64,000 nt of DNA. Origin: Eledone cirrhosa. Taxonomy: Eukaryota. The stretch covers positions 42,284,001 to 42,348,000 of the forward strand of contig OZ024741.1 in assembly GCA_964016885.1 (NCBI GenBank). Reading direction: 5' to 3'. Position 1 is the first letter of the stretch. Every line of letters starts with the position of its first letter. Made by a program: the position numbers and the translations under genes. The notes beneath the pieces were generated by a model, which saw only the letters and a program-made list of their open reading frames with translations, did no database searches and had not been told where the DNA came from. Of this stretch, positions 46,423 to 60,480 are shown in pieces.

Positions 46423-46549
46423 TATTTGGCAATATACCGTATGTTTAATTAAAAATATTTTGAAAGTAGTGACTATGTCACTACTTTAAAACTGATAGCG
46501 TATGGTCTTCAACATTTTTTAAATTAAACATACGGTATATTGCCAAATA
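46423..46549. repeat. Small fold-back element with ~33-bp arms and an internal hairpin
   Basis: TATTTGGCAATATACCGTATGTTTAATT pairs with AATTAAACATACGGTATATTGCCAAATA; inner AAAGTAGTGAC-TAT-GTCACTACTTT. Confidence 0.75.
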
Positions 46550-47325
46550 CACTCCGACACTCTACCGATACTGCCAATCCATTTCCATTATGAATTTAGA
46601 TAATTGTTTCTACTTTTGGCACAAGGCCAGTAATTATTCCAGTGCATTACTGGTACTTTATTTTATCGACCCCCTAAGGAGGAAAGGCAAAGTTAACCTC
46701 GGTGGGATTTGAACTCAGAATGGCAAGGGCCGTAACTCTTTGCTGGAAAGCACGGCATCCGACCTTTTACTGATACTGACAATCCACCTCATTTAGATAA
46801 TGTTTCTAATTTAGGCCAAACTTCAATGTGAAGTATGATAACAAAAGTGTTTAGTGGTTGGTAGCTAGTGTTGTTTTCAGACACAGGTATGATTTAATTG
46901 AGCAGATCCACAATCAATGGCCATCTCACTGACATATAGATGCTCTATAACAATACAGGTTTTATCAGAATCTGCAAAAAATCTGAATGTAAACACATTT
47001 ATATATTTAAACACACACAAGCTCTTATACACGCATACACACAGACACCCTCACACTTGCTTGCACACACATGCATACACTCTCACACACACATTCTACA
47101 ACACAGTACAGATTATATCAGAAGCTGCAAAAAATCTGAATGTAAACACATATATATATTTAAACATACGCACACAAACACGCACAACCCCCCCCCCCCC
47201 CCCCACACACACAGGCAGGCACACACAGACACACATGCCTACACACGCACATATACGCATGCCTACACACATGCACACACACACGCCTGCACACAAACAC
47301 ACACACACATGCACACATACGCGCG

Positions 47326-47390
<65 letters not shown>

Positions 47391-47799
47391 TTGCGGTAAT
47401 TGGATGTTTAGAAAATATAAATTCACCTCTAATTGCTGGGAGTAAACGTTTCTGTGGATATTTATAGATTTACATATGGCGGATGATTAGTATTTGCTGC
47501 TGGGACTCAAAACCTCGAATATATGGAAGAATTGTTGTCAGTAATAACTATGATTTCATTATTTGTTAGTAATAATTGTGACGATGAAACTATTAACTCC
47601 ATAAAACAGTGTTGAGTAAAAGCCAGTCAACAGCTACGCTGTATATATAGATATATGTGTGTGTGTGAGCCCCGGGTTCAATCGAGGGTATCCACAGTAA
47701 GTAAGATATTCAATACATTAGTAGAGAATATAAAAAATTTAATATAGAAATGACTTCTACAGGACTAGAAGTGTTTCATTCGAAGCAAATCATCATCAT

Positions 47800-47894
<95 letters not shown>

Positions 47895-47902
47895 AATTTG
47901 TT

Positions 47903-48150
47903 AACAGTCAGACAAAATATATCCAATACTTTTTCTCCTTAGTTCCTAGAAATCAACTAGATAAATAATCATTTAAACGGAGCTAAGTTTAAAATGTAAC
48001 TTTGAAGAAATAACAGATAAATGTCACCGACTTTCCTCCGAGAGGAACAGTCAGACAACATTTACCTAGTCTTTCCTCTTAGTCCGTAGAAGTTAACTAA
48101 ACAAATAATCAATTAAACGGAGCTAAGTTTAAAATGTAAGTTTGAAGAAA
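47903..48150. repeat. Diverged tandem duplication, period ~143 bp
   Basis: AACAGTCAGACAA...TAAACGGAGCTAAGTTTAAAATGTAA..TTTGAAGAAA occurs twice. Confidence 0.7.
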
Positions 48151-48569
48151 AAATGTAGATACATTTTACCAAAGCTCTTCTAGTCCCGACTATCGATAAT
48201 TTTGCTCGTACTTTGTCTAGTATTATCCATGAGGCTGCCAGCTTTTCAAGAGACTCCCTCAGTTAGGACTAAAGTTTCTAACGTGATCACCGCCAATAGC
48301 GAATTCAAAAGGGGTGAAAAACATCACGTGGCCAGCGGTCAAAGAAGAAGGGTTGTGAAGGGTAGGCCGGGTGGCTAGTAGATTCATTGCTAGAAGAAGC
48401 AGTTACTGCCTAAGGTTTACTCAACCGAAAGGGAGTATAGAATAAATTCAGAAGGACATACATGTATATATTTAGACATAGTCACAGATACATATATGAG
48501 TGTGGCTACCGTCAACGCTGTGGCTCTATGAAAAAATGAATTATGCAAATAATTCTTAATCAGAGCTAT

Positions 48570-49560
48570 TAATTCCATTCCAATTATGGTTCTTCGCCCC
48601 ACGAAACCATGATAGGGAGATCTATATATAAGCGAAGTTTGAGGAAAACATTTTCTGTCTGGGTTGTTTATATCCCGTACAGTTTTTCTCATTTAATTTA
48701 ATATATAATATTGCTTCTCTGCGAGATTTCTTTCATTGAGATATTTGAGTATTAGTGACTAATTAACCTTTAATTGATATTAAACTGCTTCGAAATTTGT
48801 CGACCTGTGCCAGACAGTCTTTAATCTGCTATGTTTAGTCACATGTTAGGCCTGTCAGGTGGTCATAATATCTTAGGAGATTTGAGGACGTATCACTACA
48901 CGTGGTATTATATTAGGGCGGTAGATTGGCAGTATCGGTACAGGGTCGGGCGCAATGCTTTGAAGCATAGAGTTATCTTCCTTTATGATGTGAGTTCAAA
49001 TCCCGCCGAGGTTAACTTTGCCTTTTATCCTCACAGGGTCGATAAAATAAAGTACCAGTAATGCACTAGGATAATTGCTGATCTTGTGCCAAAAGTAGAA
49101 AAAATTATATTAGGGTCGGACACCTTATTTTGCCGCATAGAGTTACGGCCCTTTATGAGCTGAGTTCAAATCCGGCCGAGGTTAATTTGCCTTTCATCGT
49201 TACGGGGTCGATAAAATAAAGTACCAGTCACGCACTGAAGTCGATTTAATCGACTTTCCCCTCCCCTCAAAATTGCTGGCATTGTGCCTATATAAGAAAA
49301 CATTATATTAACTGCTACCTCGGCTTTTGAAGCAGTATGTCTTATAACTTGTTCCATTTCTCTTAGACTTAAAGAATTCTAACTCACCTGAAGACTATGG
49401 CGGTTCTTGAATTATTAGTAATTCGATTCCAATTATGGTTCTTCCCCCCACGAAACCATGATAGGAAGATCTATATATAAGTAAAGTTAGAGGAAAACAT
49501 TTTCCGTCTTGCTTCTTTATACTCCCGGAGAGTTTTTCTCATATAATTTAATATATAATA
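48570..49560. repeat. Diverged ~140-bp direct repeats (48570-48710 and 49419-49560) enclosing two tandem S1 SINEs (48916-49306)
   Basis: ATTCCAATTATGGTTCTTC..CCACGAAACCATGATAGG..GATCTATATATAAG..GAGGAAAACATTTT present twice. Confidence 0.7.
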
Positions 49561-49642
49561 CATACATACACACAAACATACATACATACATACATACATA
49601 CATACATACATACATACATACATACATAAATACATACACACA

Positions 49643-50487
49643 TGGTGGCTGCCAACTCGTTTTCGAGTACGGCCGCTACTTTATATCCATGTAGGAGAAC
49701 CCCTACCGAAGCGCTGAACGAGTGTGACTTTTTAGTCCAGCCAGCGACTTGAAACCTCTGGTACAAACACTACACTTGTGACAATTATTGAGACATAGTG
49801 CTGGGCCCATGGTACCATGTGACGACAAGTGCAGATAGATCTCCAGATATAAAGCAATGCCTGTGCCATGAAGCTTTTATAGTGAGCAAAGGCACTGCAC
49901 AAAGCCAGTCCCACTCTCTTAACCAAGATGATATTTACTAAAAAGAAGAACAAGTCAACATCATTGGATACCATCAGGGTTGCAGGTGTTATATCAGAGT
50001 TTTCCTTCTCCTAGAATTCTGCCTTGACAAAGGCTAAGGGGTCATCTCTCCCGGTGATTTTGGATGGCCATTGACTCTTAAGAGCTCCTTTGCCCTTTGA
50101 CAGGTTTTGTTTTTAGTCCTGCAGGATGTCCAAAGTCACCCTCCTCACCAAGAAACCTTGGTGGGGTTGCCAGTTTAGTCGCCAACGACCCGACCATGAG
50201 ACAGGTTGTACTGGGATACATATACACATACATACATACATACATACATACATACATGGTGGCTGCCAACTCGTTTTCGAGTACGGCCACTACTTTATAT
50301 CCATGTAGGAGAACCATGTAGGAGAACCCCTACTGATGCGACTTGAAAACTCTGGTACAAACACTACACTTGTGACAATTATTGACACATAGTGCTGGGC
50401 CCATTGTACCCTGTGATGACAAGTGCAGAGAGATCTCCAGATATAAAGCAATGCCTGTGCCGTGAAGCTTTTATAGTGAGCAAAGGC
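49643..50487 (-). mobile_element. Head-to-tail pair of the (ATGT)n-associated element: full copy 49643-50219 and 5'-truncated copy 50256-50487
   Basis: Reverse complement of 37397-37975, with (ACAT)n before, between and after the copies. Confidence 0.8.
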
Positions 50488-50838
50488 ATACATACATACA
50501 TACATACATACATACATACATACATACATACATACATACATACATACATACACACAAACATACATACATACATACATACATACATACATACATACATACA
50601 TACATACATACATACATACATACATACATACACACACACACATACATACATACATACATACATACATACATACATACATACATACATACATACATACATA
50701 CATACCAACACAGCCAAATTATCAGTTACACGCATATGACCCACATGCACATTTTACCAAACCCATAATATTAACAAATTAACCAAAAACAAGAAATGTA
50801 AAACAACAGGTTAAAATTAACTTCATTTATTCATATTC

Positions 50839-50897
50839 ACTGCTATATATATTTCGGTTATAGCTATTATACAACAGCTATGACCTCATCAGACAGC
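50839..50897 (-). ncRNA. Hammerhead ribozyme motif
   Basis: Minus strand GCTGT-CTGATGA-GGTCATAGCTG(TTGTATAA)TAGCTATAACC-GAAA-T(ATAT)ATA-GCAGT. Confidence 0.78.
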
Positions 50898-52069
50898 TAG
50901 AATTTGAGCAGAAAAAACTGAAAAACATAACAATGGAATGAAGTTTACTTCTGTTATTTTAATTTTTTGATATGATTAGTGCTGAAGTTTGGTGTTGTTT
51001 TCTCAAAGAACTGGTCGCATACTAAAGTGTCGGCAATTGACCAACACATACTCGAATCAATATATATATATATATATCAAGGGCGGTGCCCCAGCATGGC
51101 CTCAGCCGGATGGCTGAAACAGGTAAAAGAGTAAAAGAGTATAGGTGTTACAGCCATTGTCTACCCACCCAATCGTGAAGGGGTTTGGAGGCAAGGTAAG
51201 TCCTGCGCAATTGGTATTTACATGCGGTTACAAGGTCGTCATTTTTGTTTATATATATATATATATATACATGTACCACCCCTCTCCCTTTAGCCTTGCT
51301 CATCTCCCCCTCACACCAACATACGCTCTACTACTTCACAAACACAGGCAATTAATCAGTTACACCCATATGACCCACATTTTACCAAACCCATAGTACT
51401 ACCAAATTAACTAACAGACCACACCACCCACCACGAACACTACTAATACTTCCCTCTACCTCCATATACCACCCTCTACCACCCATACACACAGCAAACC
51501 ACCTCACCGACTAACACTACTAACAATCTGACATAAACATACACACACACGCTCATACGCAGACATACACACACATAACATAAACATACACACACGCGAG
51601 CATACGGAGACATACACACAGATAACATAAACATACACACACACATTCATACACAGACATACACACACATAACATAAACATACACACATTCATACACAGA
51701 CATACACACACATACACATACATAAACACCAACACCTAAACATACACTTACACGCGCACACACTAACGTGCACACACATGCACAAAGAACAACAAAAACA
51801 AAGAATTTAGAGATACCCGTCACACACACAGTCACATATACACACCAACGTGCACACACAAATAATGTAAAGACTCAGAGACACCCATGTGCACACACAC
51901 ACAAGTAATGATGCACACCTACCAATTCCACCACTTCAGTACACACATAACCACACCCATGACATACCTGGACTCTCCAGCCCAACCCCCACGACCAAAT
52001 TCTAGACCACATTCTTAACTTTTTCCAAACTCCGATGCGTCTACCAGCTCTCTTCCTCCCCTCTCTGAA

Positions 52070-52310
52070 TTTTCCATTTCCTGACGAAGGACTTACGAAC
52101 CCTCCTCTACTTCTTAAGCGTGAGACTAATAAGACTGTATTTTTACAACCCTGTGTTTGTGTTGTCCTTTTCCCAACACTTTGTATATATAACTTTCCTG
52201 AAGAACGACTTCTATCCGAAATGTTGAAACCCCCTCCTCTTCCTCAAGTGTGAACTTAATACATCTGTGTAATTTTGCATTCCTGTTTGTTTTGTTTTGT
52301 TCCATTTATT
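52070..52310 (+). mobile_element. Two diverged tandem pLTR-like units with degenerate HHR cores
   Basis: TTTCCTGACGAAGG..AACCCTCCTCT at 52077 and TTTCCTGAAGAACGA..CCGAAATGTTGAAACCCCCTCCTCT at 52194; the stems do not pair well. Confidence 0.45.
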
Positions 52311-52315
52311 AACTA

Positions 52316-52791
52316 CTAGCCGAATTACCCGCTTTTTTGTAAGAAAATGATGATTGATTTTAAATCAGTGATATAATTTATGGAGAAAATCTTTGCATTT
52401 CAATATTACTCAATGTAATGTAAAATGTAATGCATGAAAAATTGGAAAACATTATTTTTTGTAATATATCAAATCAAAATTACATTATTAAATCTTATTC
52501 TTATTTCGTTTCTTGTAAATAATTTTTTTCAAAATATCAATTCAAAACTTTTGTGAATAGGCATCATATCTTGTCATTTAGCTATGGTTTAAATTTCATA
52601 TAAATCGAAGGGAAAATTTTTCAGTGGGGGTTTGAGCCCCAGAGAAACCCTTTGATTAAAATGAAATATACGTAAAAAATCAAATGTGCATGAGCATATC
52701 AAGATCGGTTTGGTAGTTTTTGAGTTTTAGGTTCACAAACAAATCCACAAACACACACACAGAGACAGAAATTGCCATTTATGTCTATAGA
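52316..52791 (-). mobile_element. Non-autonomous Helitron
   Basis: Minus strand starts TCTATAGACATAAATGGCAATTTCTGTCTCTGTG and ends GCGGGTAATTCGGCTAG, between A and T. Confidence 0.65.
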
Positions 52792-52793
52792 TA

Positions 52794-52851
<58 letters not shown>

Positions 52852-53139
52852 TAGGTAAAACCGTGACCACGGCGCCAAGTGATTTTTGCTTGTGTTCAGC
52901 AAGACTTTCGTTAAATGTATAATTAAAGTTCATTCATTCTTTATTTGTTGGTGCAGTTGTAGTTACACACGTACTAAATACATGAGATATTTTTAATAAT
53001 AGCTTAATGCATACTAGCTGTGTGAAGGGTGTAGGGTCGAAGATTTTGGGAGTATCGGAAACTGGGTAAGTTGTCTTAGTACTTTTCCTCCGTCTTTGGC
53101 TACTGCCGTTGTGCAACGTAAGCCTATATTTTGGTTTAA

Positions 53140-53560
53140 CCCTTTAGCATTGAAACCGGATATATCTGGCTAGAATTCTCTCAGCTCTTTCTGTCCAAAC
53201 CGGCAGTAACCGGCTGTTCATGCAGATGTTAAGGTATTGTTCTCAAAATAAAGAATGTTTTCTACTTTTGGCACAAGGCCAGCAATTACCCCAATGTATT
53301 ACTGGTACTTTATTTTATCGACCCCGTAAGGATGAAAGGCAAAGTTAAACTCGGCGGGATTTAACTCAGAATGTAAAGGGACGTAATTCTATACCGTAGG
53401 ACATGGTGTCCGACCCTCTACTGATACTGCCAATCCACCGCCTTAAAATAAATAATATCAAGATCTCATAGATTCGATATTATGTGCGATAATTATGTGA
53501 GGTAAAGCCTTTACCATAAAAATATAATAGTAAATATAGAATAATGTAAATGCTAAGGGG
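53140..53560. mobile_element. piggyBac-type TTAA MITE with a nested SINE
   Basis: TTAA-CCCTTTAGCATT ... AATGCTAAGGGG-TTAA. Confidence 0.75.
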
Positions 53561-54925
53561 TTAAGGTAGCCAAGCTAGTGGATGGAAACTAGAAGGTGGC
53601 GCCAGGCCCAGATAGTATTTTTTAATATTAATTCTTCTTCTTGTCGTTTCCACAAGAGTGTCAGTTACAAAGCTTGGCTAGATGTGGTTCCGCCACTGCT
53701 GAACACATTGCTATCCTTCCTTATTAAACTCTCCCAAGTCCAATGCTGCGTAGGAGTGTTCCAGTAGGGAGCATATGAGGAGGTGCTGCGTTATCTGTGA
53801 TTCTATTTTGTAGAATTTAACTTCCAAATCCAATTTAATTGTTAGCACTATTTTTTTTTAGCTTCTTAGATTTAATGGTGATAGCTAACGTGTATTATAC
53901 AGAATATTCTGGATTCTGATGATGTATGAGCTCAATGATGGTTAATACCATCGCGTTTTGGTTTAATTTGTTTATATCAACAGCTAATTCTGAATTTAAT
54001 AGTTGATTCTTGATTTTGTTCTCTTCTCTAATTTATGAAGTGATTAGATTAGATTTCGGTTACATATTAATTTTAAATTATGTTCTTAATATATACGGAG
54101 CTAATCGAATCAGTTTTAATTGCGTATGATGATATTATGAATATTGTTTTGTAGTTATTTTAATTGAGTACCCTACAGAGTATACAGCGCTAATTTCTGG
54201 TAACGACAACCCGATTTTGTGAGCGATTGCGGCCTGACAAAGTTCGTTAACTTACTAACATCATAGTGGGTTGGTATTACTTTTTATTTTAATAGCTTAT
54301 TGCCTTTCATTGGGGTATTATAATGTTTGATGAGAGTTATTTCTTGGTTATGGTTTTCAGGTTTTTTTTAGACATGAAGTATTTAGTAGATGATTTGGCT
54401 TGGAGTTTATTATTGGGAAAGAGTTTCCATTCTGAGTTCAAATCCCGCCAAGTTTAACTTTGTCTTTCATCCTTACGGGGTCGATAAAATAAAGTACCAG
54501 TAATTCACTGGATAAATTGCTGGCCTTGTGCCAAAAGTAGAAACAATTATTGGGAAGGCGTGTGTCTTAGTGGTTAGAGAATTGGCTTCGAAATCGTGAG
54601 GTTGTGAGTTCGATATCCTGACTGGGTGATGCGTTGTGTCCTTGAGCAATGTACTATATTTCATACTTCTCTAGGAAAGACTGATAGAAACATTGTTTCA
54701 TTGGTCTGATTTGACCACTACTATCCCACTCGGTAAGCAAGTGAGGTCTGGGAACTTGTCGTTTGATTCTTTTTTATAATCTTAAACATTATATTTTTGT
54801 ACCTGAACAGTTGCATTTTGTATGGTGAGTCTTGGGTAGTTCAACTTTGTTGTATTAGTTAACTATTATTTTGTTGTTGCGTGGGGCAATGAGAGATAAC
54901 ATTTACACACAAACATACACACGTA

Positions 54926-55026
<101 letters not shown>

Positions 55027-55245
55027 CTGGGATGGACACACGCGTATAACTTGCTGAGTAAGTTCTGTTTAAATTTCTATAGAAATTCTTGTCTGATAAC
55101 TTTAATTTTTGTACCATTTTGTAGAGGGACTGCCAGGTCAAACTTTGATCTGGTCAGTCTCTCAAAATATTCTACGCCTTTAGGCGAAATAGTTAAACAA
55201 AAAAAAAAAAAGTTTTTTCTTGTTGAAAAGTCAATATTTTTTTAA

Positions 55246-57040
55246 ATGGCCGAAGCTTCTTCACCAAAATTCGAAGGAGGAAAGGGGAAGATGAACTTAC
55301 AGCTTCCCCCTGCCACTGTCACAGTAGCAGAGGTCAAGAAGAAAGGTCAGCCAGAGGAAGAATTCTCTCCACCTGTTAACCGACAACTTGACGTTGCCAT
55401 GGCAACAACCCAAAGAACCAGCAGCAACAGCAACAACAACAACAATGCGACGGACGAAAACAACACCAATAACAATAACAATAACAACAACAACAAGACC
55501 AATAACGGTGACAACAACAACAATGATAACAACAACACCACCAACGACAACAACAACACAAACAAACAAAATTTCTCCTTCGCCGAGACGACAAGGAAAA
55601 CCCTCGACTATCTGCCAGTAGATATAACAAAAGCGAAGGAGCTACTGGCGGATGCGAAAAAATATATAGTGTACGGAGAAAATGGTTCATTCACAATCCA
55701 TTCCCCCCCGGAACTAAAAAGCCAGAGACTCCTAAACACGGTCATGTTTAGGACAATCTCGAACATAAGTAAAAAACCAGCTCAACCATCACAGAGCGAG
55801 ATAGAGCTGGTGTTAAAAGACGTCATGAAGGACATCACCTTCATTCAGAAGGATAGACTCTACGGGAGTCTATCCATTCTCATGAAGGACAGGGACACAG
55901 CAGTGAAACTCTCCATCAAACCAATCACATCCACCGCATACACCTTCTACCCTACGTACATGGGTAGAAGAACACAAAAAATAAAAATCCACACCATCCT
56001 GCCGATTATGGACATATGGTGGGTTTTGACAGGTTTTCTGGACCTGGAGGATGACATGCTGGTGTCCATGGGAAAGGCATCGGGTGACGCGTTCAGTGGA
56101 ACGAGCCTCGAACTTGTAGTTCAAATGAGGCCCGAGAGGATCGCCCAGATCCCTGAACGCGTCATACTGGATGATCTAACCTTCATCAACATTACCGTTG
56201 AGGGTAGACGGCCCTCGTGTTACCTCTGCGGAACCAGAGGTCACCTGAGGGTTGTCTGTCCCCAACTTAATAAGAAAACCCCAATCCTTCCTACACCACC
56301 AACAACTGCACAACCAACACAATCACCACAACTACCACTACAAAAACAACCACCACAGCTCAAACCAAAACAAAACAATGTCCAACCCATCCCCTCCACT
56401 CAAAAAACAAAAACAATTTCCAAAACACCCGTACCGCAAACACAACCCGAAAATATACCCCTCCCCTCCAACGCGGAAGATGACCCTAGTTCGTCGTCAG
56501 ACGAGGAGGAGCACTTCCACACAATCAAAAGAAAAAAAAAGAAAACACACCTCAGACACACAAATGAAAAAAACCCCTCCCCAAAACATAACACTGACAC
56601 CAACACAAAAGAGCTCACAACAACAGCAAACAAAAAACACCACACAAAAACAAAAACATGCATACACATACATAAATACAAGAAACAAAAAACTGTTAAA
56701 CATTGTGTACAACAACAATCTAATAAAAACACAAGGGCCTAACTTCACCCAGGCAGGGGATTTCCCCCACCTCAAAATGATTAAGGCCCCACAGGACACC
56801 TATAAAACTTTAAAAAACAATTTTAAAGAGGACGTGGGTCCCCCCTGCGTCGGGCCCATTAACCGCGTCCTCCTAAAAAACTATCCCACCCCCTCCCCAA
56901 ACACCCACACAACTCCAAGCTCCCCAACCACACAACACACTGATGCCCCCACACTTCCACAAACCACCACCCCACCCAACAACGCATCCCCCACCCTAAT
57001 GGGAATTGTGCAGCCCGATACCCGGGACGCAGAGAGGTAA
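55246..57040 (+). pseudogene. Tx1 ORF1 (poly-Asn tract, CCHC knuckle CYLCGTRGHLRVVC), frameshifted in the A9 run at 56532-56540
   Basis: Removing one A gives IKRKKRKH as in element 2 and joins the C-terminus FKEDVGPP..PINRVLLKN that element 2 also has. Confidence 0.85.
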
Positions 57041-57064
57041 GTGCCTTTTCTCTTCACCACCAAC

Positions 57065-60023
57065 ATGGCTATGCTAAGAATAGGCTGTTTAAATGCGCGT
57101 GGCCTGGGCTCAACTTGGAAGCAAGCAATGCTTCTAAATGACCTCAGGTCACAACGTATAGATGTGATGGTTATTTGCGAGGCCCAGATCAGCAACGTGC
57201 GACAGCTGGCCCCCACCTTTGATGACTTTGAGATGCACGCATCTCTCTGTCAGCCCGGAGGTGGGGGTGGAGTTGTCGTTCTGCTGCAAAGACATCTGGG
57301 TCTCGCAACACAGATGGTACATTTGGACCCGGAGGGTCGACTAGTGGTTCTGGACCTTGGCAGTGGTAAAGGCGGAGCGTTTAGGTTGGTAGCCGCCTAC
57401 GGCCCTTTCGGGTCAATGCGGCCGGACTTCTTCCATCGTCTGGAGACTTTTCTAGGGACGTCCCGCTCCTTGCTATTAGTGGGGGACTGGAATGGTATCC
57501 TAGATGCACGCTGGGACTACGTAGGGGCCTGCCCCGATAGAGAGGGGTGTAATAGCCTCAAAGGGTTAATCGGTCGATTTGACCTGGCCGATAGATATCG
57601 ACTAGATTTTCCGACTGCGCCAACCTGGACTTGGGCAAATCGTAGCGGATCATCTAGGTCGTACCTAGATAGGTTCTTAGTTAGAATTAAGGATAAGGAC
57701 TTTTTAAGTTGTCCAACAATGCGCATGGTTGGCTATTCAGACCACAAATTAGTGACCTGCATGGTCAACCTTGACAGAACTCATAGACAGGGCCCCGGTT
57801 ACTGGAAGCTCAACTTGTCCTTGCCGGCAAGTAGAGCCTACAGGAATCGGATTAGTACGTTAGTTAAGGAACGGTTGACTGGAGCGATCGTCAACAGCAG
57901 GTGGTGGGTATCTCTAAAGAGAGAGATTAGAGTAGTCTCGATAGAATTTAGTAAGGTTCTAGCTGCGGATAGGAATAGGAAGGAAAGGGAGCTAATAGAT
58001 AGAGTAGAAGAGGCAATTAGAAGCGGCGACGTGGCCAGAGTGCTAGCGTCGAGAACGGTTTTATAGTTTTATAGGTGTCCTGTGGGGCCTTAATCATTTT
58101 TCGACGCGAAGCACGAAGGCTGCGTTGTCCGAAGTAAAATACGTGCTCTAGGGAACGAGGGGACCAAAGCTGTTAGCTGGGCCCGCGTGACAGAGGCCAA
58201 CAGTGGAACTAAATCCACCATCCGGTCTTTGCGAGACCTGGATGGACGGGCGATTCTTGAGCCTAAGCAGATGTGTGAGGCCTTTCAAAGGCACTTTGCC
58301 CGACTGTTCGGGAGGGGCGGGGAGCCGGTTGGGAACGTGGACTTCGGTCCATACCTCGACGGCCTGCCGCGCCTCTCGGACAGGGAGGCGAAGTCCTGCG
58401 AGGAGCCGATTTCGGCCGCTGAGATAGAGGACGTGCTGAGCCAATGCGGCAAACGCAAATCCCCGGGTCTCGATGGTCTTCCTTACGAATTATATCTAGC
58501 TATGCCGGACTTATTCCCGGATCTCCTCGAGGCGGTCTACTGCAACTGGCAACAGAACGGGAGAATTCCCTGTACTGTGACCAAGGGCGTAGTCACGCTA
58601 GTGAGGAAGGACGAGAACAAGGGGGACGAAATAAGTAACTTCAGGCCCATAACTCTGCTAAATACAGAGTTACAGATTTTGGCCAAGGTGCTAGCAAAGA
58701 GGTTGGCGCTTGTCGTGGGCAACCTGGTGGGAGATGCGCAGACATGCGCTATCCCGTCCAGGTCCATCCATGACAACCTCCACCTCATGCGATACATCAT
58801 AGAGAGGGTTGGGTACGAACCCGGCTTTGGTGGGGCTCTGATCAACTTGGATCAATCTAAGGCGTTCGATAGGGTCGACCATGGTTACCTGGATGCGGTG
58901 CTAGCGGCGGCAGGCTTCGGACCCGTTTTCAGGGGCTGGATCACTGCTATGCACAGCAGCCGCATCTGCTCTAGGGTCAAGGTGAACGGCTACCTCTCGG
59001 AGCCTGACCGTAGTGCCCTGCCCAAGGGAAACCCTCACCAAGATGGAGCGCGCACTCTTCCAATTCCTTTGGAAGAGGCGGGCTCCTATGGTGAGGAGAT
59101 CCATCTGCTGTCAACACCCTTCGAAAGGAGGGCTGGGGATGCCGTGGCTAATGATGCGTAAACACGCATTAAGGCTACGGCACCTCTACGTATTCCTCAC
59201 CGGACAACCGGTGTGGGCCTCGTTTGTGAGACGAACCTTTCCCATACTCGTCTCACTCACCGAGCTGCAATCCTGGGTCAAGCAAAGACCGAGAAAACTG
59301 GGCGCCTGGCACACTGAGTGTGCCCAGGCGCTCACCGCCCTCTGGCAGGCGGATCCGGTTATCAGTGGAGACTCCACCGCAACATTCTATAGAGGGCTGG
59401 TACGCAGCAGGTGCGACGACGCCCTCGGAGAAGCCCTAGACATGGAGGAGGACGAACTGGCCGGCCTGTTCGGTAGGACATTCAGCCCGGGACCTATGGA
59501 CAACTTCCAGAAGTCCCTGGCCTGGCAGTGCTACCGAGGAGCTTTACCCGTTCGAGAAAGGCTCTGCAGACACGGGCGCCCGGGTAGGGACCCCGCCAAA
59601 AAGATCTGTCCCAGATGCGTGTGCGACGAGGAAACCGTTGCACACGCATTGGTACACTGCTCGGGCGTAGCCGATCTGTGGGGCTATGTCGAACAACTGC
59701 TGTCAAGGGTGGGACCGATCCGGTTGACCACCGAGTCTATTGTAATGATCAAGCCGCCTCCCCCCTTCAAAAATGAAGCAGAGGCGGTGTTTCTGTGCGT
59801 AATAGCCATGGCGAAAGAGGTTGTATGGTGGACGCGTCTGAAAGGACTGAGGTCAGGCACCTTTCTCTCTGGCCAACAACTGGTCCGTTTCTTCCGATAT
59901 CATTTCGGAAGAAGGATCAGGATGGAGAGAGAGGTGCTGCACCCCAGTCGTTTTTATGAAAGGTGGGTGAAAGTAGCGAGAATGGCCCGTGTGAATGGGC
60001 CTTCTCTTTACATAAGCCTGTAG
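57065..60023 (+). pseudogene. Tx1 ORF2 (AP endonuclease, reverse transcriptase, zinc finger), disrupted by a 29-bp insertion and a deletion of the RT core
   Basis: NARGL, GDWN, YLDR, SDH, GPGYWKLN; KSPGLDG, NFRPITLLN, LDQSKAFDRVDH; CPRC..ETVAHALVHC. QGCPLS and YADD motifs are absent. Confidence 0.9.
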
Positions 60024-60342
60024 GTGGAAAAGAGGAAGGAACGAGGGAGCACCCCCTCTCTGTGCTCCTGAGGAAAAGGGTTGCACACTTTTTTCGGGGG
60101 TGTGTGCGACCCCCCAAGGCGCCTCCTCTCTATTGAGGATTTTGTTATAAATTTTATTTTTTGTTATATTTTATAACAAAATCCTCTATTGAGGATTTTG
60201 TTATAATTCTATTTTTTGTTATATTTTATTTTATTTTTATATATTGTTATTGCCTCCTCCCTATTGAGGACGCCTTGTTTTGTAAACTCCCCCCATTCTA
60301 CTTGTCCCACTTTTGATGCCCTTGTGGCAAATAAAAGAAACA

Positions 60343-60480
<138 letters not shown>

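Larger units (their letters stand above)
55027..60342 (+). mobile_element. Tx1-clade (L1 superfamily) LINE, full 5'-to-3' extent but defective
   Basis: ORF1 with CCHC knuckle; ORF2 with APE, RT N-terminal half and C-terminal zinc motif; AATAAA at 60329 followed by (ATCT)n. Confidence 0.92.

Noticed and set aside
53630-54420. Possible LINE 3' end (QHLLICSLL, GAA tail) and a third decayed GIY-YIG on the minus strand
   Set aside because: Too degraded to support by eye.
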